This document shows positions 26,967 through 35,733 of a stretch of 61,760 nucleotides of DNA, piece by piece. The number at the start of each line of letters is the position of its first letter. The first letter of the stretch is position 1. The stretch spans positions 1 to 61,760 of the forward strand of contig LCCP01000003.1 in NCBI GenBank assembly GCA_000997945.1, written 5' to 3'. The notes beneath the pieces are model-generated. The model ran no database searches. It was not told the origin of the DNA and saw only the letters and a program-made list of their open reading frames with translations. This DNA is from Parcubacteria group bacterium GW2011_GWC2_42_12 (GTDB lineage: Bacteria > Patescibacteriota > Patescibacteriia > Patescibacteriales > GWC2-42-12). A program made the position numbers and the translations under genes.

Positions 26967-27030
26967 CTGGATTCCGGCTTCGCCTGCCAGTAGGCATGCT
27001 CTCCACCTGCTGGCGGAGGCCGGAATGACA
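26967..27030. repeat. GC-rich palindromic element (ctggattccggc...gccggaatgaca type)
   Basis: Has the same end motif as the element at 601-686. It carries an inner ctccacctgctggcggag palindrome related to 30770-30790. Confidence 0.6.
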
Positions 27031-27034
27031 ATTC

Positions 27035-29806
27035 TTAAAGCTCCTTTCTCTTCTTTATACTAATCCTGGCTTCGCCATCTATAACCACCGTATCCCTTCT
27101 CTTAATCCCATCGCGTAAAACTATATTAGCGATTTCATTTTCAATTTTTTCCTGAATCAGGCGCCTTAACGGCCGAGCGCCGAACTTCGGGTCAAAGCCG
27201 AGCGCGGCCAATTTTTTAATCCCCTGCTCGTCGCATTCCAAGCCAATGCCCTTAGCTTCTAAAAGTCGTTTTACTTTATTAAGCATAAGCTTAGTAATAC
27301 TTTCAACCTCTTCTAAGCCCAACGGCTTAAAAACTACCACGCCGTCAAAACGGTTAATCAATTCCGGCTTTAAAACTTTATTTAATTGATCATTAACTAA
27401 GGATTCTTTAATCGCATTAAGCGGCGTGCCGGCTTGAATTTGCTCCTGAATATAGACCGCGCCGATATTGGAGGTGGCGATAATAATGCAATTAGTAAAA
27501 TCAATGGCCCGGCCCTGGCCGTCGGTCAGCCGGCCGTCATCCATCACCTGCAAAAATAAATTTAAGATGTCCGGATGAGCTTTTTCAAACTCATCCAGTA
27601 AGATCAAACAAAACGGCGCCTTGCGCGCGGCTTCGGTCAGATAGCCGAGAACCCCATCAGGCGAACCGATCATCTTTTCCACCGCCGACTGATTTTGATA
27701 TTCGCTCATGTCTAGCCGCACCATGTAATCATCGTCGCCAAAATAAACTTCAGCCACGGTTTTAGCTAATTCGGTTTTGCCCACGCCGGTCGGCCCGAGA
27801 AAGAGAAAGCTAGCGATCGGCCTTTTCGCTTCCCTCAACTCGGTTCTGGCGCGCCTTAGACTGGCCGCCACCATAGCCACGGCTTCGGTTTGATCAACCA
27901 GGCGATGATGGATTTTGGCTTCCAAATTTAAAAGGGCCTGGCTCTCTTTTTCCGTAATCTTCGTCAAGGGGATTTTAACCTTCTGACTAATAACCCGGGC
28001 CACATCTTCAACCTCGACCACGCTATTTATGCCTTTTGCCTTAGATACCTTAACCGCGATAGATTCTAAAATATCCACGGCTTTAGCCGGTAAAAATTTA
28101 TCATGAATATATCTAGCGGTTAACTCCACGGCTTTAGCGATGCTGTCATAAGTAAAATAAACCTTGAATTTTGCTTCATAAAAACCGATCTTACTCTCAA
28201 TCATCTGAATAGCCAGATTATTATCCGGCTCGTTAATTTCTACCTTAACCATTGTCTGCCCCAATGGCCTATTCTCAAGATATTTCGCGTAATTATCTTC
28301 GCTGACGCTCCCGAGGCAAATTAAATCGCGGCGGCTAATGGCAGTAGACAGAACTTCCGATAGTTCCAAACTTTCTTCCGCGCCCGAAGTAACGCCCATT
28401 AAATTTTCCAGATTATCAATATACAAAATAATATTTCCGGCTCTAGCGACTTCATCAATTATCACCAAGAGCCGTTCCTGGGCCGCTGCCGGCGCGACGC
28501 CGCTCAACAGCCGAGCCAGATCCAACTCCAATAATCTCTTATCTTTTAACATTTTCGGCACATCCTCCTCGACCATTTGGCGCGCCACCTGTCCGATAAT
28601 TATCTTCTTGCCGACGCCATTCGCGCCAACCAGCAAAATTCCGTTTTTCCCGCTTTCTAAATTTTGCCAAATCGCTTTAATTTCATCTTCCCGGCCAACG
28701 CACAATTCCAATCTCCCCCATTTGGCTGCTAAAGTCAGATCGTATGAAAAATGATTTAAAATCGGCGTGGCCACGGCCGTGTAAGCCCGATCCATGGCGC
28801 TCGATGGTTTAAAACGGGAAGTGCGGCGGTAAAGACGGTAATTTTCCATCAAGCGCTGGCTAATGGCAAACCAATGAATAACATTATTAATTTTATCTTG
28901 GTTAACTTCCAGATCATAAAGTATCTCGCTTAAATTCTTATCATATTGGCAGCTCGGTAAAATAAAATGGATGGGCTCAACCTTTTTTTGCTTTAAATCC
29001 GCGGCAGTGATATAAGCTGCCAAAAAAATCCTCTTAAGTTCCAGCGATATTACTGTTGGCTGGGCGCTAATGTCCACGGCTAGCAATTGATTCTTCAACT
29101 TATTAATCAATTTGACTGAATCAACATTCAGCCGTGAAAATATCGCGGCCGCCGAACTATCTTTTAAAAGGCAAAAAAACAAATGGACTGGTTTGACTTC
29201 GCTGTGTTTAGCGCGGCTGGCCAAAAGAAAAGCTTGTTCCACGGTTCGGTAAGCGGCCAAACTAAAGCCCCGAGATACTTCAATTTTATATTTTCCCCGG
29301 CTCTTTTTAAATTCGGTCCAATTATCAGGCGCTGGGCCGGCAATTATTTCGCCGTATTTAACTTTTTTAATTTTTTGCTTAGCCGCCTCCTCTTCGCTTA
29401 AGCGATAGATGACAAACATATCCGCGATTAAGCTAATCCAGAAAATTAAAATATAAACGCTTTTGACGCGCCAAAAAGCAAAAGCGCCAAGATCTGCCGT
29501 GCTGAAGCTAGCTCGATAGATCCAATAGACTAAAACCGTCAGCCCGACCAGTCCGATGATATAAGCCAATAAATTAAGCGCCAAATGAAAACTATTCTTT
29601 AACTGCCTTAACTTTATTATCGGCCGGCTTAATTCTTGATTCCAATAATAAAACCGGCTCTGATAATAAGCCATTAAGCCGTTGCCGGAACAATTTTTGC
29701 AAACCAAACCATTGCTCGTCTGACCGGTTCCTCCGCAGACATCGCAAGTTATAAATTGAATTGAATTTGTTTGAGATTCTTGATTAGACATTGATGCCAT
29801 TAACAA
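27035..29806 (-). CDS. Membrane-anchored Clp/Hsp100-like AAA+ ATPase with N-terminal zinc ribbon
   Basis: Has CDVCGGTG...CKNCSGNG, two TM helices and Clp-N repeats. D1 is degenerate (GANGVGKK, IDNLEN) and D2 is intact ([23 protein letters not shown]). There is no M-domain and no IGF/LGF loop. Confidence 0.85.
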   Translation of the reverse strand: MLMASMSNQESQTNSIQFITCDVCGGTGQTSNGLVCKNCSGNGLMAYYQSRFYYWNQELSRPIIKLRQLKNSFHLALNLLAYIIGLVGLTVLVYWIYRASFSTADLGAFAFWRVKSVYILIFWISLIADMFVIYRLSEEEAAKQKIKKVKYGEIIAGPAPDNWTEFKKSRGKYKIEVSRGFSLAAYRTVEQAFLLASRAKHSEVKPVHLFFCLLKDSSAAAIFSRLNVDSVKLINKLKNQLLAVDISAQPTVISLELKRIFLAAYITAADLKQKKVEPIHFILPSCQYDKNLSEILYDLEVNQDKINNVIHWFAISQRLMENYRLYRRTSRFKPSSAMDRAYTAVATPILNHFSYDLTLAAKWGRLELCVGREDEIKAIWQNLESGKNGILLVGANGVGKKIIIGQVARQMVEEDVPKMLKDKRLLELDLARLLSGVAPAAAQERLLVIIDEVARAGNIILYIDNLENLMGVTSGAEESLELSEVLSTAISRRDLICLGSVSEDNYAKYLENRPLGQTMVKVEINEPDNNLAIQMIESKIGFYEAKFKVYFTYDSIAKAVELTARYIHDKFLPAKAVDILESIAVKVSKAKGINSVVEVEDVARVISQKVKIPLTKITEKESQALLNLEAKIHHRLVDQTEAVAMVAASLRRARTELREAKRPIASFLFLGPTGVGKTELAKTVAEVYFGDDDYMVRLDMSEYQNQSAVEKMIGSPDGVLGYLTEAARKAPFCLILLDEFEKAHPDILNLFLQVMDDGRLTDGQGRAIDFTNCIIIATSNIGAVYIQEQIQAGTPLNAIKESLVNDQLNKVLKPELINRFDGVVVFKPLGLEEVESITKLMLNKVKRLLEAKGIGLECDEQGIKKLAALGFDPKFGARPLRRLIQEKIENEIANIVLRDGIKRRDTVVIDGEARISIKKRKEL

Positions 29807-29807
29807 A

Positions 29808-30173
29808 TTATATAAACTGAAAAGTTATTTCATAAATCACTAAAATCGGCAGCAGCAGCCAAAAAATAATTACCGCCACGGCCAAAATCGTCCAAAATAA
29901 CATAAAGATACTGCGAAAAATAATCTGCGCCAGGCGGACGAAAAAACTGATTAACATGCCCTGCCAATCATATTGCGCGTACATGGGTTTAAAAATATTT
30001 TTTACCCAAACCAAAAGCGCCAAGGCCCTTTGCTTGTCTACTAAAAAATTTTTAACGCCGAAAATCAAATTAACCAAGCCGCGCGAATACCACCACAGAG
30101 GGAAATATAATACATCTCGGATAAGTTCAACTATAATTTTTAGGCCGTAAAATATAAAGCTGTTGATAACCAT
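29808..30173 (-). CDS. Small polytopic membrane protein, coupled to the Clp-like ATPase
   Basis: Its stop codon lies 1 nt from the downstream ATG. The start is set at MVINSF because upstream codons are palindromic repeats. Confidence 0.6.
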   Translation of the reverse strand: MVINSFIFYGLKIIVELIRDVLYFPLWWYSRGLVNLIFGVKNFLVDKQRALALLVWVKNIFKPMYAQYDWQGMLISFFVRLAQIIFRSIFMLFWTILAVAVIIFWLLLPILVIYEITFQFI

Positions 30174-30203
30174 AGATAATAATTTTAAATTAGCGTAGCT
30201 TAT

Positions 30204-30312
30204 TCCCCATCCCCTTGGGGTGGGGTTTCCTTGCAAGGGAAAGGTGTCGGAAAACCGCTAAGGTTTTCTGACATAATAAGATAAGTGGAAACCCCGTCCG
30301 CTTGCGGCGGGG
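30204..30312. repeat. Cluster of four GC-rich hairpins
   Basis: ccccatcccc/ggggtgggg, tttccttgcaagggaaa, gtcggaaaacc/ggttttctgac, ccccgtccgc/gcggcgggg. Confidence 0.65.
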
Positions 30313-30319
30313 TAATTCA

Positions 30320-30412
30320 TTTTTGAATTTTGAATTTTTAATGAATGATTAATTTTGAATTTAAAAATTAAGTCATTCAAAATTCAATCAAAATTAAAAA
30401 TTATAAATTATC
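30320..30412 (+). repeat. AT-rich element family F, copy F1
   Basis: The stretch ttttgaattttgaattttt aatgaatgattaattttgaat...aaaattcaatcaaaattaaaaatt closely matches the reverse complement of 55601-55712. Confidence 0.7.
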
Positions 30413-30451
30413 AATTATATTATACCACATTTTCCTATTCGCACCAAGCGC

Positions 30452-30480
30452 TTGACAGCAATTTAGTTATTGTGTAGTAT
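30452..30480 (+). promoter_or_regulatory. Promoter TTGACA-N17-TAGTAT upstream of secE
   Basis: Hexamers at 30452-30457 and 30475-30480. Confidence 0.55.
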
Positions 30481-30534
30481 ATAAATACCAGTTAATAACG
30501 CCCGCCAGGGCTGTTTTTTAATAAAATTTATATT

Positions 30535-30750
30535 ATGGATAAAGAAAAAAAATCTAACGGGGTAAACAAAATTATTGAATATTTAAAGGCCTCAATTGAA
30601 GAAATGAAAAAGGTTGCTTGGCCGACCAAAAAAGAAACTTACAATTACACTTTATTGGTAATTTTTATCAGTCTGGGCGTGGCTTTATTTTTAGGCCTGT
30701 TAGATATTATCTTTAGCAAAGGCCTGGAATATTTAATCATCAACGGATAA
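30535..30750 (+). CDS. secE: Preprotein translocase subunit SecE
   Basis: A 71-aa protein with EMKKVAWPTKKE followed by a single TM helix. It is followed by nusG. Confidence 0.85.
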   Translation: MDKEKKSNGVNKIIEYLKASIEEMKKVAWPTKKETYNYTLLVIFISLGVALFLGLLDIIFSKGLEYLIING

Positions 30751-30805
30751 TTTCGCTGCTATCCGTTTCTCCGCCAGCTGGCGGGTAGCGGAAGCGCTTT
30801 CGCAT

Positions 30806-31351
30806 ATGGCAAAACAAATATTAAATCAAGGCCGGCGCTGGTATGTGCTCCACACTTATTCCGGCTATGAAGAGAATGTCTCGCAAAATTTAAAGCAAAG
30901 AATTGAGTCCATGGACATGGAGGACAAAATTTTTAATATCTTAATCCCTACGGAAAAGAAAATTAAAATTAAAAACGGCAAACGGAAAATTGTTGAAGAA
31001 AAAATCTTTCCCGGCTATGTCTTAGTAGAGATGATTGTCAACGATGACTCCTGGTATGTAGTTAGAAATACGCCGAATGTCACCGGCTTTATCGGCACCG
31101 GCACTATCCCCACGCCGATCACCGAAGCGGAAATCAAAGATTTACAAAAACGCATGGGCGTTTTAGAGCCAAAATTTAAAATTGACGTTTCGGTCGGTTC
31201 GCCGGTACGGATTATTGACGGACCATTTAAAAATTTGGATGGCAAAGTCGTGGGTATTGACGAGGCCAGAGGAAAAATTAAAGTTTCAGTCTCTATGTTC
31301 GGCCGCGAAACGCCGATTGAACTAGACTTTTTACAGATTAAAAAAATATAG
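30806..31351 (+). CDS. nusG: Transcription termination/antitermination factor NusG
   Basis: RWYVLHTYSGYE NGN domain plus a KOW motif (GPFKNLDGKV). Confidence 0.95.
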   Translation: MAKQILNQGRRWYVLHTYSGYEENVSQNLKQRIESMDMEDKIFNILIPTEKKIKIKNGKRKIVEEKIFPGYVLVEMIVNDDSWYVVRNTPNVTGFIGTGTIPTPITEAEIKDLQKRMGVLEPKFKIDVSVGSPVRIIDGPFKNLDGKVVGIDEARGKIKVSVSMFGRETPIELDFLQIKKI

Positions 31352-31473
31352 CCCACAAATCAACAAATCAGCTACAAATAATACAAATAAATGCTTCTTA
31401 ATATTCGTAATATTCGTAGCAAATTCGTAGATTTGTGGGTGCGGAAAACTATAAAATAACAAATCAAATCAGT

Positions 31474-31896
31474 ATGGCTAAAAAAATATTAACTAAAATC
31501 AAACTGCAGATCCCGGCCGGCCAAGCTAACCCCGCGCCGCCAATCGGTCCGGCCTTAGGCCAGCACGGCTTGAATATTTCGCAATTCTGCAAAGACTTTA
31601 ACGAAAAAACCAAGAATAAAATGGGCGACATTACGCCGGTAGAAATAACGGTTTTTGAAGACCGTTCCTATACCTTCATCTTAAAAACCCCTCCGGCCGC
31701 GGAATTAATTAAAAAATTCGCGAAAATTCCCAAAGGTTCGGGCAAACCCTTAACCGAGAAGGTCGGCTCTATCACTCGCGCCCAACTTAAAGAAATCGCC
31801 GAGATTAAAATGCCCGACCTTAACGCCCATGATATAGAAGCGGCTATGAAAATCATCGCCGGCACGGCCAGGCAGATGGGGGTGGAAATAAAATAA
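31474..31896 (+). CDS. rplK: 50S ribosomal protein L11
   Basis: [32 protein letters not shown]. The start is set at ATG 31474. Confidence 0.95.
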   Translation: MAKKILTKIKLQIPAGQANPAPPIGPALGQHGLNISQFCKDFNEKTKNKMGDITPVEITVFEDRSYTFILKTPPAAELIKKFAKIPKGSGKPLTEKVGSITRAQLKEIAEIKMPDLNAHDIEAAMKIIAGTARQMGVEIK

Positions 31897-31910
31897 TAAG
31901 AAATTACAGT

Positions 31911-32012
31911 GGTTCGGGCTAAATTTATTAAATTTACTCCTGCGGAACTCGCCAGCTTGAAGGCTGGCTCAAACAGTCCTCGTTCGTAAATTTAATAAAT
32001 TTAGCCCGAACC
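31911..32012 (-). repeat. Hairpin element family A, copy A3
   Basis: Has perfect 27-bp arms ggttcgggctaaatttattaaatttac / gtaaatttaataaatttagcccgaacc. The minus-strand core is GAGGACTGTTTGAGCCagccttcaagctGGCGAGTTCCGCAG. Confidence 0.88.
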
Positions 32013-32094
32013 TTTCAATCGTAACCAATATAATTTATATCAATTATTAATTTGTGGGAGTCGGCCTTGGGCTGACGCTCGCACCACGAAAATT

Positions 32095-32784
32095 ATGACA
32101 GATAAAAAACCAAAAAAAACCGCCGACAAAAAAGCGACCGAATACGACAAAACCAAACCCTATCCGATCGCCGAGGCGATTGAGTTAACTAAAAAGCTGG
32201 CTAAGACCAAGTTTGACGCTTCAATAGAAGTTCATTTTAAGCTGGGCATTGATATTAAAAAAGGCGAACAACAAGTCAGAGTAGCCGTTCCCCTGCCTCA
32301 TGGCACGGGCAAGACCATAAAAATCGCGGCTTTTGTTACTCCGGCCAAAGAAAAAGAAGCGCGCGAGGCCGGGGCCGATTTAATTGGCGGCGAAGACTTG
32401 ATCGCCGAGATCAAAAAAACCGAAAAAACCGATTTTCAGGTAGCAGTAGCCGAACCGATTATGATGAAAAATTTAGGGCAAATCGCTAAAATTTTAGGCA
32501 CGCGCGGTTTAATGCCCTCGCCCAAAAACGATACGGTTACGCCTGATCCGGCCAAAGCCGTCCGAGAACTAAAGAAGGGCAAGGTAAGCTTAAAAAACGA
32601 CGATACCGGCAATGTCCATGTCGCCATCGGCAAGGTTTCTTTTGAGTCCCAGAAATTAGTCCAAAATTTTGATGTTTTATTAGAAGCCATTAGAAAAGCC
32701 AAACCGCCAACTTCCAAAGGCGTTTACTTAAAGAATGTCACGATCTGCTCAACCATGGGGCCGGGTATAAGAGTAGCGATCTAA
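32095..32784 (+). CDS. rplA: 50S ribosomal protein L1
   Basis: Typical L1 sequence (FDASIEVHFKLGID, LPHGTGK, GPGIRV). Confidence 0.95.
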   Translation: MTDKKPKKTADKKATEYDKTKPYPIAEAIELTKKLAKTKFDASIEVHFKLGIDIKKGEQQVRVAVPLPHGTGKTIKIAAFVTPAKEKEAREAGADLIGGEDLIAEIKKTEKTDFQVAVAEPIMMKNLGQIAKILGTRGLMPSPKNDTVTPDPAKAVRELKKGKVSLKNDDTGNVHVAIGKVSFESQKLVQNFDVLLEAIRKAKPPTSKGVYLKNVTICSTMGPGIRVAI

Positions 32785-32806
32785 AACTCATAGCTCAATA
32801 AAAAAC

Positions 32807-32836
32807 ACCAGATTCACAAATCTGGTATTTTTTATT
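32807..32836 (+). terminator. Intrinsic terminator after rplA
   Basis: An 8-bp stem accagatt/aatctggt followed by atttttttatt. Confidence 0.7.
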
Positions 32837-32850
32837 ATTTAAAATTACTA

Positions 32851-33208
32851 TTGACTACTCTAAATCAAAAAGATAATATAATATTATCCGACGAAAAAAG
32901 TCGAAAAAACCAAAAAAACAGGAAAAAACCATGAGCAAAAGTTGTAACTTCAAACCCTTGCCACTGCATAGCGACCCACCTTGGTGGCAACGCAGGAAAC
33001 CCCGGACAAACATATTCGGGTCGTCCGAAAGAACCATCCTTCATTTTGCTCCCAGAAGGTTGGGGAGACCGCAACGAAGCGCAAAGACGCTTTCCCCCGC
33101 CGCCGCGCCTCAATAAAGCGCGCGAAACAATCAAGCTAACGGCCAAGGCAGCAACGCCTGCCTAGCCCCACCCCGCGTTCCAAACCCAAGGCGCGCGGGG
33201 ATTTTTTT
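32851..33208 (+). other. GC-rich orphan transcription unit R2 (promoter, ~320 nt, terminator)
   Basis: Promoter TTGACT-N17-TAATAT. The body is GC-rich with ORFs on both strands, including a Pro/Arg-rich 61-codon ORF. The terminator is ccccgcg/cgcgggg followed by a ttttttt run. Confidence 0.4.
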
Positions 33209-33282
33209 ACATAATACTTTTTTCACAAAAAAACTTAAAACAAAAAACCGTGAACCCAGAGCCCACGGTTTTTTGTTTAGGT

Positions 33283-33747
33283 CTATCTCACCGGCGGAGT
33301 CGAGGTCGCGTTTATCAATATATTCGGGCGCAATTGAATAGACTGCGCGGTAACACTGCCATCAGAGTTGGCGCTACCCGTTATCATGACATTCTTACCT
33401 AATTCCAAATCAGTTATAGAACCGTCAACCGATTTGGTAATTTGGGTACCGGCGGCCAAAAAAATAATTTTTGACCCGCCGTCAACCGACTTAACCGTTA
33501 TGCTCTTATCGTCTTGAGCGATAATCTCACCGTTAATAAAACTGCCGGCCGCCCGATTGCCGCCATTTCTAAGCTGGCCAGTACTGTCTCTCAATATTCC
33601 GCCGCCGGCAACACCAAATCCCTGGCGCTGACCGAAGACCAAATTCCGCGCTCCGCTCTTGCTCTTGGCATAGCTCATGCCGCCGTAAAAAAATCCGGCG
33701 CCGACCACCACCACGATAATCGCAAAAATTATTATTGTGTTTTTCAT
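33283..33747 (-). CDS. Membrane-anchored beta-rich protein (DUF5666-like)
   Basis: Has an N-terminal TM helix and a C-terminal VMITGSANSDGSVTAQSIQLRP motif. Confidence 0.55.
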   Translation of the reverse strand: MKNTIIIFAIIVVVVGAGFFYGGMSYAKSKSGARNLVFGQRQGFGVAGGGILRDSTGQLRNGGNRAAGSFINGEIIAQDDKSITVKSVDGGSKIIFLAAGTQITKSVDGSITDLELGKNVMITGSANSDGSVTAQSIQLRPNILINATSTPPVR

Positions 33748-33780
33748 AAAATTTTAAAAACTATTAATTTTATTATTTAA

Positions 33781-35007
33781 TTATTCAAATCTTAAGGCCT
33801 CAATCGGATTCAGTTTCGACGCCCGCCGCGCCGGATAATAACCAAAAATTAAACCAATGGCCGCGGACACGCCGCAGGCTAACAGTATGGCAGATACGGA
33901 GACGCTGGTAGCCAGGCCGGAAAATCTAGTTATAATCAAAGACACCGTCCAGCCTAAGAGAATACCAAAAATACCGCCCAGAAGAGTAAGTATCACCGCT
34001 TCGGTTAAAAATTGACCGCTGATATCCGATCCAGTGGCGCCGATGGCTTTGCGCAAGCCGATTTCCCGCGTCCGTTCGGTCACGGTCGTGAGCATCATGT
34101 TCATGATGCCAATGCCGCCGACAATCAGCGATATGCCGGCGATAGAGGCTAACAATATGGTAAAAGTGTTGGTAACGCTGGAGGCCGTAGCCACGATATC
34201 CGATTGATTTAAAATGCTAAAATCAGCTTGAGCGGGGTCGAAAATTTTATGCCGCGCCATCAGCAGGCCGCTAATCTGCTCCTGAACGGCCGTCATAACC
34301 TCGGCGCTCTCGGCCTCAATGCTAACGGCGGAAAGATATTCGGCGCCAACTAAAAATTTTTGCATGATAGTTAAAGGAATATAAATTATGTCATCCTGGT
34401 TGGAAAAACCGCTGCCGCCCTTGGACTCGGTGATGCCGATAACTTTAAATTCAATTTTATTGATTCTGATGGACTGGCCGATAATGCTGGCTGCTTCCGC
34501 GCCGAACAGATCGTCGCGCGTGGTCGGCCCCAGGACGGCAACCTTTGATAAATTAGAATTATGCCGCTCGGCGATAAATGAACCTTCGGCGATAGAGACA
34601 TTTCTCACTCCCGCATAGGCGTCGGTCACGCCGTTAACCGAAGTGTTGGTATTAGCGCCCTTAGCCGTTACCTGATATCTTGATGATAAATTAGAAGCCA
34701 CGGCCCTAACCGAGGTAATTTCATTTTGAATGGCATCGGCGTCGGCTTGGGTCAGGGACTGGGAACTTCCGCGCGCGAAACTAGCGCCGCCGCCGAACCC
34801 GCGCTGCATGCCGGGCATAACCATAATCAGGTTGGAACCGATGGACTGGATGCTGGACTCAATTGACCCTTGAGCGCCCTGACCAATGGAAACCATGGCG
34901 ATAACCGAAGCGATGCCGATAACTATGCCTAAAATAGTTAAGCTAGACCTAACTTTATTGCCGGACAAGGCCAAAAAACTTTCTTGAAATAAATCCGCTA
35001 TTAACAT
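33781..35007 (-). CDS. ABC transporter permease, MacB/FtsX family
   Basis: Has the TM1, large periplasmic domain, TM2-4 layout. The ERTREIGLRKAIGA motif is present. Confidence 0.9.
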   Translation of the reverse strand: MLIADLFQESFLALSGNKVRSSLTILGIVIGIASVIAMVSIGQGAQGSIESSIQSIGSNLIMVMPGMQRGFGGGASFARGSSQSLTQADADAIQNEITSVRAVASNLSSRYQVTAKGANTNTSVNGVTDAYAGVRNVSIAEGSFIAERHNSNLSKVAVLGPTTRDDLFGAEAASIIGQSIRINKIEFKVIGITESKGGSGFSNQDDIIYIPLTIMQKFLVGAEYLSAVSIEAESAEVMTAVQEQISGLLMARHKIFDPAQADFSILNQSDIVATASSVTNTFTILLASIAGISLIVGGIGIMNMMLTTVTERTREIGLRKAIGATGSDISGQFLTEAVILTLLGGIFGILLGWTVSLIITRFSGLATSVSVSAILLACGVSAAIGLIFGYYPARRASKLNPIEALRFE

Positions 35008-35024
35008 AGGTTTATTTTATGCCG

Positions 35025-35717
35025 CTAATTCTCGTATGATCGTTTTTTTTTATCGCTAACTATCTTCCCATCCTTAATCATGATAATTCTATCCGCGTGC
35101 TCGGCGACATATTGTTCATGAGTTATTAAAATAATCGTCCGGCCATGAACATTTAAATCCCGAAAGGTCGCTAAGACAATATCTCCGGTTTTAGAATCCA
35201 GGTTGCCGGTTGGTTCATCGGCCAAAATAATGGAAGGATTATTAACTAAGGCCCGGGCGATGGCCACTCTTTGCATTTGTCCGCCCGACAGCTGATTGGA
35301 TAAATGATAATAATGCGCCTCATCAAGACCGGCCTGTTTTAGGGCTTGTTTAGCTTTCTCTTCCCTGTTTTCTTTCGCCGTTTTTGAATAGACTAGTGGT
35401 AGAACCACATTTCTGATGACTGTAGCGCGCGATAAAAGATTAAACGATTGAAAAACAAAGCCGATTTTTTCCCGCCTGGTTTTTGCCAGTTCATCAGCCG
35501 CCAGACTGGAAACATTCTGGCCGTCGAGAAAGTATTGGCCGCTGGTCGGCGAATCCAGCGCTCCTAAAATATGCATCAGCGTGGATTTGCCGGAACCAGA
35601 CGGCCCGACGATAGCGACGAACTCGCCATTATTAATAATAAAAGAAATATCTTTTAATACTTCCGTAGCCACGCCGCCGGTATCGTATGATTTATAAATA
35701 TGTCCGCATTCAATCAT
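35025..35717 (-). CDS. ABC transporter ATP-binding protein (MacB/LolD type)
   Basis: Walker [10 protein letters not shown], signature LSGGQMQR, Walker [12 protein letters not shown]. The start is set at MIECGH. Confidence 0.92.
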   Translation of the reverse strand: MIECGHIYKSYDTGGVATEVLKDISFIINNGEFVAIVGPSGSGKSTLMHILGALDSPTSGQYFLDGQNVSSLAADELAKTRREKIGFVFQSFNLLSRATVIRNVVLPLVYSKTAKENREEKAKQALKQAGLDEAHYYHLSNQLSGGQMQRVAIARALVNNPSIILADEPTGNLDSKTGDIVLATFRDLNVHGRTIILITHEQYVAEHADRIIMIKDGKIVSDKKKRSYEN

Positions 35718-35733
35718 GAAGTTAAAATATAAT

